Shown one piece after another: positions 28,101 to 38,555 of a stretch of DNA of 64,000 nt. The translations under genes and the position numbers were made by a program. The stretch's first letter is position 1, and the number at the start of each line of letters is the position of its first letter. Origin of the DNA: Hypanus sabinus (Eukaryota); NCBI RefSeq assembly GCF_030144855.1, contig NC_082710.1, forward strand, positions 171,926,001-171,990,000, in the 5' to 3' direction. Under the pieces are notes generated by a model. It did no database searches, had not been told where the DNA came from, and worked only from the letters and a program-made list of their open reading frames with translations.

Positions 28101-30337
28101 CTTGGCTGTGCGAAACCATTTTTCTGTCTAGTCCCATTGACCTGTATCTGGGCCATATTCCTCCTAACCCCTCTCATCCATATAGCTGTCCAAGTTTTTC
28201 TTAAATATCAAAAGTGAGCCTGCATTTACCACTTCATCTGGCAGCTCATTCCACACTCCCACCTCTCTTAGCGTGAATATGCACCCCCCATGTTCCCTTT
28301 AAAATTTTCCCCCTTCACCCTTACCGCATGACCTCAGGTTTCTTTTTCTCCCCTAGCCTCAGTGGAAAAAGCCTGCTTGCATTCACTCTATCTATACTCA
28401 TCATAATTTTATACACCTCTATCAAATCACCCGTCATTCTCCTACGCTCCAGGGAATAAAGACCTAACCTATTCAACCTTTCTCTGTAACTCAGTTTCTC
28501 AAGTCCCGGCAACATCCTTGTAAATCTTCTGTGCACTCTTTCAACCTTATTAATATCCTTTCTGTAATTAGGTGACCAAAACTGCACATAATACGCCAAA
28601 TTCGCTCTCACCAATGTCTTATACAACCTCACCATTACATTCCAACTTCTACTCAATACTTTGATTTATAAAGGCCAATGTACCAAAAGCTCTCTTTACG
28701 ACCCTACCTACTTGTGAGGGCACTTTTAGGGAATTATGTATGTGTACTCCCAGATCCCTCTGTTCTACTGCAATCCTCAGTGTTCTACCACTTACCTTGT
28801 ATGTTCTACCTTGGTTTGACCTTCTGAAGTGCAATACCTCACACTTGCCCGCATTAAACTCCATCTGCAATTTTTCAGCCCATTCCTCCAACTGGTCCAA
28901 ATCCCTCTGCAAGCTTTGAAAACCTTCCTCACTGTTCACTACGTCTTCAATCTTTGTATCTTCAGAAAATTTGCTGATCCAATTTGCCACATTATTTTCC
29001 AGATCATTGATATAGATAACAAATAACAATGGAACCAGCACTGATCCCTGTGGCACACCACTAGTCACAGGCCTCCACTCTCTGTAGTTATCAGGTAAAT
29101 TCATCAAAATCCGCATGCAGTCGGGCTGTCATTCAAATGGGTTCCCTTACCTCAGCGACCCACCGTGCCATGGCTTGTATTACATCAGTCCCTCTGGCGG
29201 CTCCCGGTCACCTTCGGGCGTCTGCCTGGGAAAGGGGAACCCACTTCATGTCCCATTTCTTTTGGTCCCATACATAGACGACCACTCTGATCTTTAAGAG
29301 GTCCAATTTTATCCCTTAATATCCTTTTGCTCTTAACATACCTGTTGAAGCTCTTAGGATTATCCTTCACACTGACTGCCAAAGCAACCTCGTGTTTTCT
29401 TTTAGTCCTCCTGATTTCTTTCTTAAGTATTTTCTTACTCGTTTTATACTTCTCAAGCATCTTATTTCCTCCCTGTTGCCTATACATGTTATACATCTCT
29501 ATCTTCTTTATCAGAGTTCCAATATCCCTCGAGAACCGAGGTTCCTTATTCTTATTCATTTTGCTTTTAACCCTAACAGGACTACAAACTTTGCACTCTC
29601 AAAATCTCTCCTTTGACGGCCTCCTACTTACCAATCACATCCTTGCCAGAAAACAACCTGTCCCAATCTACGCTTTTTAGATCCTTTCTCATTTCTTCAA
29701 ATTTGGTCTTTTTCCAGTTCAGAACTTCAGCCCGAGGACCAGATCTATCTTTATCCATGATCAAGTTGAAACTAATGACGTTATGATGACTGCAACCAAA
29801 ATGTTCCCCTACACACACTTCCGTCACCTGCCCTAACTCATTTCCAAATAGGAGATCTAATATTGCATCCTTCCTAGCCGGTACATCTATATATTGATAT
29901 AGAAAAATTTCCTGAACACATTTTACAAACTCTAACCCATCTAGACCTTTAACAGTATGCGATTCCCAATCAATATGTGGAAAATTAAAATCCCCTACAA
30001 TCACAACTTTCTGTCTGCTGAAATTGTCTGTTATCTCTCTGCAGATTTGCTCCTCCATTTCTCGCTGACTATTGGGTGGTCTATAATACAACCCTATTAA
30101 TGTGGTCGTATCTTTACTGTTTCGCATCTCCACCTGCATGGCCTCAGTAGACAAGCCCTCTAATCTGTCCTGCCGATGCACTGCTGTAATATTTTCCCTG
30201 ACTAGCAACCCCCCCCCCCCCCCACACACACCCTTCATCCCTCTGCCTCTATCATGTCTGAAACATCGGAACTCTGGACAATTGAGCTGCCAGTCCTGCC
30301 CCTCCTGTAGCCAAGTTTCACTAATGGCTATGATGTC
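16134..30337 (+). repeat. Copy 2 of the 14.2 kb near-identical direct duplication
   Basis: Begins immediately after the gap at the base matching 1735 and continues into unique sequence past 30337. Confidence 0.98.
22065..27055 (-). mobile_element. L1-clade LINE, copy 2
   Basis: Near-identical to 7660-12650. Confidence 0.92.
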
Positions 30338-30527
30338 ATAATTCCATGTGTCAATCCAGGCCCTCAGCTCGTCTGACTTTCCCCCAATATTCCTCGCATT
30401 GAAATATACATACCTCAGAAGATTATTACCACCACACACAACCTTACTATTTGTGACTTTGCATGAACTATTAACATCATTTATTTCTACCCCGGTTCCA
30501 CTATCTACTCTGGCACTCTGGTTCCCA
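28046..30527 (-). mobile_element. CR1 LINE with the ORF2 endonuclease domain still open (324-aa ORF) and an internal deletion in RT
   Basis: ORF 29624..30598 has YFNARNI, IAISETWL, GGGGLLV, YRPPNS, GDFNFP, SHHN.I, an APE-type endonuclease. Confidence 0.93.
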
Positions 30528-30639
30528 GATATAATACATATTAATTTAGAAAAAATACACAGTGAAACTGCATCCAGTGACACTTTATTAGGGTACACAT
30601 GTAGACCTGCTTATTACTGTAAATACCTTACCAGCCAAG

Positions 30640-30930
30640 GACACCATGGTAGCGTAGCGGTCAGCGAGACGCTATTACAGCTTTCAGGCGTCGGTGTTCG
30701 GAGTGCAATGCCAACGTAGTCGGTCAGGAGTATGTTCGTTCCTCCCCTTTAATGCATGAGTTTCCTCTGAGTGTTCCTCCCGCCGTTGAAAGACATACAG
30801 ACCAGTAGGTTAATTAGTCATTGTAAACTGTCCTGTGATTAGTCTCGGGTTAAATAGCTGGGTCGCTAAGTGGTGCGGCTCAGTGGGACAGTTCCACGCT
30901 GTATCCTTCAATAATTAATAAATGAATGAA
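30640..30930 (+). mobile_element. tRNA-derived SINE (V-SINE/HE1 type)
   Basis: tRNA-like head (ggtagcgtagcggtcagcg...gttcgga), central gtaggttaattagtcattgtaaa block and (aatg/aata)n tail. Confidence 0.8.
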
Positions 30931-31904
30931 TGAATAAGAGATAGATAAATAAATAGTGGACAGATAGGCAGAAAAATAAATAGATAGATAGAAATAGTCT
31001 CTAGAGTTTAGAGGATGGTGCATTCAGTGAACGGCAGTTCTGTGGGCGAAATTGCCTTGGTAATGAGAGGGGTGAGAGGAGAATGGCATGGCTGGTCGAA
31101 GCTAACAAGAAGGGGACAGTCGAGCCTTGAAGTGGATGTGCTGCAGTAATCATGGTTGTACACATACAGGAGGCACCTTATAAAGAGGCCACTGAATATA
31201 TATGTATTGTAATTTCGGTGGATATTAGCATTTTATTGAATCAAAAATTGCCCAACGTCTCTTGTCAGTGATACACACACAATAATTGAAAATTACACGT
31301 TAGATTAGAGTTTTATTAATTTCCAAGTCTAGAAACCAACAAATAGCTGTCGATTGTTTCTTTTTCTTTCTTCAGTTTATTATTTTCGTGTTTATTTTCT
31401 TTCCAGTTGCTGCACAACAAGTCGTTGTCTTCCCGCAAGATGGAAGGTTTTGGTTTTTATTCAGTACGACTGCCATTAACCATCGTGGTCAGTCAGAATA
31501 AACTGGCTAATCATATTTAGTAAAATACAACTTCCAGTAAGATATCATATAAGCATGTCATATGTGGTTAATATCTGGCATGACCTTCCGGAGGAGACGA
31601 TAGAGGCAGATATAATTACGATATTTAAACGTAGTTTCGGCAGTCGATAGGAAATGCGTGGAGTGATAGGAGCCTAAATCGGCATATGGGATTACTATAG
31701 ATTGACATAATTTCTTGATGCTATCGTTCGATATAACATATTATTCTGAAAAATACCCATGAGCCGTGTTACAGAGCAATATTCTGAAAGGCATTAAAAT
31801 GCACGGCGTATTTCTGCATTTAATAATTAGATGTACAGTATTCTCACTCATTACCAAAAAACACAACACCAAAGCAGTCTACTATTCCACTTGGATATTC
31901 ATTG

Positions 31905-32062
31905 TTAGATTAATTTGTTCCTGTTGACAATTCCACGAGATCTCTGGGAACGGATGAAAAGAACTGTTATAATATTCATCGCTAGAAATATTATAAGTTT
32001 CACTCCCATTTCAAGTAGCTGCCAACGCAAGCTCCTCCCGCCGCTTTTTGTTGCGTTCATGC
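31905..32062 (-). CDS. Stalk/transmembrane/short-tail terminal exon of an activating-type Ig receptor (TM1)
   Basis: Acceptor ttggttgctttgttaccaccag|, phase 1, matching the V exon donor at 34696. Reads (G)MNATKSGGRSLRWQLLEMGVKLIIFLAMNIITVLFIRSQRSRGIVNRNKLI*, a hydrophobic helix with Lys, a basic stop-transfer segment and no Tyr motif. A minus-strand AATAAA lies at 31391-31396. Confidence 0.8.
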
Positions 32063-32884
32063 CTGGTGGTAACAAAGCAACCAAAATCACCAATTACGTT
32101 TCTGAGGCCTACATCTTTCCACATAAACGGAAAAAAAATAAGAGCGTGGGAAGCAGCGTATCTAGCACAGCTGCTATCCCGGGCCGCCGGCATAAACAGA
32201 CCATTCGGCCCTTCCATCTATCCTCCATTTCACCATGGCAAATTTATTAACCCCCTCCATTCCATTTTTCGTACAGACCAAGATCCCTGTTACAGCATGG
32301 GTTTCTTCCCAGTTGTGCCAGTTTCATCTTTCATCCCAAAGACGCGCCTTTGTAAGTTAGCTCACAACTGCATATTACCCATAGTGTGAGGCATAATTTA
32401 TGGGAACGTAGCAAAGACGGTTTCAGGAAGATTTAGTGAGAAATGGTATAGTCTGTGGGCCATCATAGAACATATAAGACAAGTGGCTTTCTTCTATGTT
32501 ATATAGGAACATGGGACTTTGCCATATTTGGGTTGGTGTAAGTCTACCCAGGTTTTACAACATGTTTCTATCCCCTGATTAATAGCTCTTTCATTTTCAC
32601 GTTTTTTATTATTTTCCAAAAGCATCAATGTTTTGTGCAGCAATACTGAATGGTTATAACTTCCGATTTGACAAATGTTCATTCAATGTGGTAAGACAAA
32701 ATTTTGAAATGTCGTGTTTTAAATTTCTAGTGAGTTTATCGACTGAATATTGAATACAATTAAGACACCCCCTATCTAAAGTGGTAATTGACTTCTTGTT
32801 GTACTGATTATTTAATCATGGTCATTTATCGTCCTTTGACAGCTAATGACGTAAGATACAGTGCCCGACCCCTGTCTTATCTAT

Positions 32885-33040
32885 CCATTTTCTTTCCTTC
32901 TCTCTCTCTCTCTCTTCCCCCTCTTTCTATCTCGCTCCCTCTCTTCCTCTGTGCTTCTGTCTAACCCTATCTCTCTTGCACTCTGTAGATGTCTGTCTGC
33001 CTGTTCCCTACATTTCTCTCTGCCCTTGCTTTTGAGCTCC
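32885..33040. repeat. CT-rich low-complexity tract
   Basis: Degenerate (CT)n. Confidence 0.8.
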
Positions 33041-34199
33041 TTTATTTTGCAGTCAGATTGACCGCAGGTGGATGCGTGATGCATACTAACGAAAGAAGCG
33101 CTTGTCACATTGCTTTCCAAAAATATTTTATCCGCGTCGAGTCATTAAAAATATTTTCAGCGAGCGCTAACCCCTTTATAGAAACGTTTTATTCGCTATT
33201 TTCACAATTGTCTATTCGCGGAATTTGGTTGTGTGCTCAACAGTGAGACACAAAAAGAGCAACTTCAACCTAATGTGCACCGCTAAAAATACACTCGGTG
33301 GACACTGGTCGTCAATACAAGATTCTCATCATCCAATCGTGTGAAAGCAATTCGGTGCATATACATGGAGGCATGATCAAGAGTTGTCAGACCAAATATC
33401 AGAATGGAGGAAAATGTGACGGTGGAATGATTGTTGGTGCTAGACGGGTAGTTAGAGTATCATAGAAACTTCTAATGAAGGGAGACGTATATTGTAGTAC
33501 GCAACAGCTGACTATAGTCACTTCATCCAGATGCATTTAACTACCTGGACGTAACTTCCACAGATGCCATATTCTGCCATTTACCCTGTCTCAATTGCCC
33601 TGAAAAACTCGCCCACAATAAACGGCTGTCATGCCGGTTTTAATGCTCCGAGAGACACATGTTATTTTTTGCACGGTATCTTTACGATTATCTCCTTATG
33701 TTTGTTCTTGCGACTCTGTTTTAAATTCCTAACAGGAGATTATAGCTTCAGAAAAAAACCATGCCTTTGGTAAGGGTTACTGCAATTTCTGCAGGCACAT
33801 GCTCCAATAATCAGAATAAATAGCTTCCGATGTTTGAAATGACGATCAGATCTTAATAATGGCTGTAAGATGTTATCAGGCTCCTAGATCAAGCAGAATA
33901 TTGTTCACTATCTTATCTTATGAACCAACATGTGTGTGCCTTTCTCATTTTAACCTAAAGACAATCGGAAAAACTTACGGGATCAGAATATTTCGTCTCT
34001 CTCAACATTATAGCCTTTACCCTTATTGAGAGTAAAATCGTGTCGTGTGTTGTGTGATTCCGTCAGTTGCCTAGTTAGAAAGGTCGGGTAAAACATTCAC
34101 CACTGACAAATTGTCCAATGCATTGCAACAACTCACCAAAGTCCCTACGATAGCACCTTCCAGATCAACGACTACTACCTTCTAAAAGACCAAGAACAA

Positions 34200-34450
34200 C
34201 AGATACTTGGGAACACCAGCACTTGGAAATTCCCCTCAAGTCACTCACCATCCTGACTTGGAAATATATCGCCATTCCTTCATTGCCACTGGGTCAAAAT
34301 CATGGAATTCCCTCCCTAAGAGGACTGTGTGTGTACCTACACCGCATGGACTTCAGCGGTTTAAGAAGGCAGCTCATCACCACCTTCTCAAGATCAACTG
34401 GGGATGACCAATTAATGTTAGCTTCGGTGGCGATGCCCCATCCAGTAAAT
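34200..34450 (+). mobile_element. LINE 3'-end fragment (clade unassigned)
   Basis: ORF 34207 ends GSKSWNSLP...LQRFKKAAHHHLL, a typical non-LTR ORF2 terminus, followed by an A-rich tail. Confidence 0.6.
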
Positions 34451-34695
34451 TAATAAATAATTAAAAAACGTGGTGATGCCAGTCTCTATTCAATTTGTCA
34501 TTATCAGTAGCACTATAACCTCGTCCAAATGAATATCTAGCTCATTTTTTGGACAGTAGTAATCACCTTTAAATAGTAATTATATTCCAAATATCTGTCG
34601 ATTATTTTTAAATTAATGCAGCTTTTTGCATCTTGTGGGAGAGCAATGTTGATGGGTAGAACTATGGAAATGAAGACAAATTGTTGCAAACTTAC

Positions 34696-35040
34696 CTATG
34701 ACTGTGACTTCCGTCCCATTTCCAAAATGTATTCCTTCAAATAATATATCCACTTGGCAGTAATATCTTCCTGTATCTGTGACTTTGAGGTCGATTATTT
34801 CGATAGTTGCGCTTGGAATGCCAAATGAACTGCTTTGCAGAACGCGACCACTATACTCACTGCACTTGTTGCAAACGGGTCGGCTGTCTACGTCTTTGTA
34901 CCAACTGATGGCTCCGATTAAATTGCGTCCCGAATGGACTGTATTCTGACTGAAGGTACAATTCAATTTAGCCGTCTCTCCTTCGGTAACGGTGACCCAC
35001 AAAGGCCACTGCTTGACATTTATTGGGACTCCGACGTTTC
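34696..35040 (-). CDS. Intact Ig V-set exon, germline-joined VJ type, natural cytotoxicity triggering receptor 3 (NKp30)-like (V2)
   Basis: 345 nt, phase 1-1, acceptor gtttttaatttcag| and donor |gtaagt. Reads PINVKQWP...EGETAKLNC...IGAISWYKD...YSGRV...DTGRYYCQVDILFEGIHFGNGTEVTVI. Spacing from the F-strand Cys to GNGT equals that I recall for human NKp30 (CRVEVLGLGVGTGNGT). Confidence 0.92.
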
Positions 35041-35469
35041 CTGAAATTAAAAACAACCGCAATTTGAATCCTAGTGTTAGGTGGCTATCTTCGTCTTAAA
35101 TTATCAGAGTATTGCACTATAATGTTCTCAAATGAGTTAAACATGAACGTAGATTAATAGCTGCGTTTCCCGCGCTGGGTTCCTGCAATGGCCTTCCATA
35201 GAAGTGGAGTAAACAGCAAGAAGTAACTCTATATAATCTCATTTGTCGTAAACATTGCCTGGCTGGCGGATCAGATTCAGTCCTATTTATAAATAATAAC
35301 TCTGTTCTAGTTCAATTTATGCACTCATATCTACAGATTAAACAAGCATAGCTGTTACGTCGACGTTATTGCTTATTTATGTGTATGAAACTAATAGTGA
35401 TCAGACGGAGCGAATGAGACGAACCTGTTTCCATGGGAAAACGGTCCATAGTTTGTGGTAATGAATGTA

Positions 35470-35850
35470 CTTTTGGACAGCACAGAAACTAGCCCTTCCT
35501 GATCAACAATCCCGAGTCGCCCGATTATACCCATTTCATCAGTGTTTCGATCAAGACCCTCCAAGTGGACTGCAAGATACAGAAGACATAGCCAGTATAA
35601 AAAGGAAGGGCGAAACAAGAACTTGCATCTCTGTCGTAATGGGACATATGGGATATTCTTCTATCCTGAGGCTGTACCCTCTGGTCCTAGAGGCCAATAC
35701 TATCTTTTCCACATCCAGTCTATCTAGTCTGTTCAATATTCGATAGGTTTCAGAGAGACCCGCCTCTCCCCCCCCCCCCGTTCTTCTAAACCCCTGGGCG
35801 TACAGGCCAGAACCATCGAAAGCTCCTTATACGTTAACCCTTTCATTCTA
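35470..35850 (-). mobile_element. Decayed CR1 3' fragment
   Basis: ORF 35551 (NRLDRLDVEK...SRTRGYSLRI). Confidence 0.7.
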
Positions 35851-36184
35851 CCATAATCATTATCCTCCTTTCTGAATGAATTCAATACCATTTGGCTTTA
35901 ATTCAGGTTTAAATCATAAGGGATAATAATTTATGCACTGATATCCACAGCTAAAACGAGCTTAGCTGGTAACTCGGTTTTACAGTTTATTTAGGTGCAT
36001 ACTGTTGTCAGGAGCGACATAAGGACTGAAGGAAGACCTTATTACAATTAGTGGAAAGGTTATAATTTGGGAAAACAGGAGTATAAAGGCAATTACTGGG
36101 ACATTTTTCATGTTAATTGTGTCGGTGTCAACACTATTAAATTAACACTTTGGAGGCTGAAGTATGAACCCTATCTACAAAATA

Positions 36185-36345
36185 CCTGGAAACCTGCAGA
36201 TGCTGGAAATTCAAGCAACACACACAAAATGCTGGTGGAACACAGCAGGCCAGGCAGCATCTATAAGAAGAAGCACTGTCGACATTTCGGGACGAGACCC
36301 TTCGTCAGGACAGACGTTCCACCAGCATTTTATATGTCTTGCTAC
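36185..36345 (-). mobile_element. Penelope-like-element terminal repeat
   Basis: ctgcagatgctggaaattcaagcaacacacacaaaatgctgg...gacccttcgtcagg, a family seen many times in this window, plus a short inverted stub (gttccaccagcatttt). Confidence 0.6.
36276..36313 (-). ncRNA. Minimal type I hammerhead ribozyme motif (Penelope-associated)
   Basis: The minus strand reads ctgtc-CTGACGA-a-ggg-tctcgt-ccc-GAAA-t-GTC-gacag: complete core, 5-bp stem I, 3-bp stem II and a GUC cleavage triplet. Confidence 0.65.
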
Positions 36346-36439
36346 AAAATACCTCGTTGGACATTTCATGCGTGGTTATCTGCAGTGATGGAACAGAGAC
36401 AAAGTATAGTTGTAAATATATTTGGACAAGGGACGGTAA

Positions 36440-36750
36440 TGGTCTCACACACACAAAATTCTGAAGGGCAGGCAGCATCAATGGAGATGAATGAGTAGAT
36501 GTTTCAGGTGGAGACTCTTAATCAGGACTGGAAAGGAAGGGAGGAAGCTAGAATACGATGGGGAGGGGAAGGAGTACAAGCTGAGAGATAACAGGTCAGA
36601 CCAAGTGAGGGGGAAGGCAGGTGAGTTGGAGAAAAGGAGGTTGAATTGTAAAGCTGCGAAGTGATATGTGGACAGTAGTGGTCGAAATTCAGACTGGTCT
36701 GAATCTGATAGGACAACTTCTGATGCTGGTGTGTACAACATTGTACCTGA
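36440..36750 (-). mobile_element. Penelope-like-element terminal/UTR fragment
   Basis: Degenerate copy of the same family (gcagcatcaatgg...gagactcttaatcaggactgg) followed by a GA-rich tract. Confidence 0.5.
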
Positions 36751-38175
36751 CGGCAAGGTTGAAGTTCCATTTCCGCTTACGTCCAGAATATAAAAAAAAT
36801 ATTTGGCAATAATATTTTCGACAGATGCCCTTATAATAACTAATGGACTATTTTACAAAACCCAACCATTATAACCGCTGCATGTGTTGCGAAAGGAATG
36901 GCTTTCCATTTCGTTTTACAGGCTGACAGTTATCATTGTTCCCCCCCCCACCCCCCGACACCCCTCCTGCACTCCAACTGAAAGCGCATGTCAGCTGCAC
37001 CGCCCACCCACCCATCCCCGCCTACAATAACCCACTGAGGTGATTGCCTGATAGTTCCTTGGACAGCATCAGTTCCTGAATCCCGACATAATCTCAATTT
37101 CAACGTCAAAGCTGTTTGACTGTGTTCATCGTGAACGTGAGGGTAAAGGAAATACAAATGGCATTTATTGACGATAATTGTGTCGGTAACAACAGGCTTC
37201 TTCAAAAGATACTCGAGGCAACAGCACTAACCACACCTAAAAAGTGCCCGGTCGAATAATTTTGCTGTTGTAACCTGCAGCTATGGGTCCAGCAGGGAGG
37301 GTGACTGAAAATATACACTCAGCGACCACTTTTCTAGGTGCTGTACGTTCAGAAATGCCCTTTGGAAATATTGTAACGCCTGATTATTTGAGTTACAGTT
37401 GTTTTCCTGTCGGCTTGAACCATTCTGGCCATTCTCCTATCTTCCCTCTCATTAACAACGCGCTTAGATCCAGAGAAGTGCCGCTCACCTTTTTATTTTA
37501 ATTTCTTTGACATTCTCTGTAAACTCTACTAGCTATCGTGAGGAAAATTTTCAGGTAATCCATATTTTCTGAGACATCAAACAACCCCGTCTAGCACTAA
37601 CAGTTATTTTACAGTCAAAATCACTTGTATCACATTTCCTCCCCACCGTAAAGTGAAGCAGTGAGTTGCTGCCACTTGATTGACTGATTAGATATTTGCA
37701 TTAAGTAGTAGGTGTACAGGTGTAAAAGATCCACTGAGTATACTTCCTTTAGCAGAAAGGTCATAACCTTGGAGAACATGAATATAAAGTTAATTGATAG
37801 GACATTTAACGTTAATTGAACGTTATTTCAAAAGTAGGTCAAGGCAGAAGCGCCAAGAGAGCATCAGCGGTTGAAATAAGACAATTATCTAAAACCTTGT
37901 TTTCTTTTCGCCGAGGTGAGGTGGCTGGACATTCACTGAACTATGCAAGAAAGAGTTTCAGGCTAATTATCTTTCACTCTGAATTTCAATTTGCTGTCCA
38001 GGAATTAACAATAGTGCCTGCCAGAGTAATATTGGTGTTACAACTTACGGAAAAAGTGGGACCCAAAGCGAGGATGGCTGAAAATATATTAGGAACATAC
38101 CATGAATCCAACCGGGCGAATTCAGATGATGGTGGGTAGAGCGTGGAACCCGAAGGCAACATCGCGTAAACTTAC

Positions 38176-38520
38176 GTATGACTGTGACTTCTGACCCGTT
38201 TCCAAGATATGCTCCAACCAGGGAAACAATCAGTTGGCAGTAATACACTCCTGTATCGTTCATTCTGAGATGGGTGATCGTGATGGATGAACTTTGAAAA
38301 TCCGGAAAATTGTCTTGCTAAACGCAACCTTTATACCCTCTGCATGTGCAGCAAACGGAACGATCTTCCACGTCTTTGTACCAACTCAATATGCCAGTCA
38401 CATTTGCGCCTATGTGGGTTGTATTTTGGATGTAAGTGCAAAATAGTTCCACCGTCTCTCCTTCGGCAACGGTAATACGCTGTGGCGATTGGCTGATTGT
38501 TACTGGGATGCTGGCCGTTC
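38176..38520 (-). pseudogene. Paralogous NKp30-like VJ exon (V1) with an in-frame TAG at 38320-38318
   Basis: 345 nt, phase 1-1, intact ttttag| and |gtaagt sites. ORFs 38318..38542 and 38045..38263 are in one frame joined by *QDNFPDFQSSSITITHLR. About 47% amino-acid identity to V2 with no gaps (manual count 54/115). Confidence 0.88.
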
Positions 38521-38555
38521 CTAAAACTAAATACAGAGTCATAGTGTCATGGGAT

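Noticed and set aside
29624-30598. Longest ORF (324 aa) as a host gene or domesticated endonuclease
   Set aside because: It is CR1 ORF2 endonuclease collinear with a broken RT and CR1 tail. In copy 1 the poly-C tract is one base shorter, which shifts the frame, so there is no sign of constraint.
30650-30720. tRNA-like sequence
   Set aside because: It is the degenerate head of a SINE with a SINE body and tail attached and no complete cloverleaf.
32881-33120. Charged ORF rich in ER/RK repeats
   Set aside because: Translation of a (GA/CT)n low-complexity tract.
33977-34070. Exon-like segment with a strong gtaagt donor between V2 and TM1
   Set aside because: The 92-nt candidate has stops in all three phases, and the shorter 43-nt version is phase 2-0, incompatible with V2 and TM1.
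35184-35291. TATA-like element plus leader-like SYFLLFTPLLWKAIAG just upstream of V2
   Set aside because: It has an in-frame TAG after the ATG and no GT donor, so it needs two lesions to work.
34696-38520. V exons as rearranging Ig/TCR V segments
   Set aside because: The J-like G-strand is already in the exon and is followed by a splice donor. I saw no heptamer-spacer-nonamer flanking either exon (the cacagtc inside is just the VTV codons), and there is no C domain.
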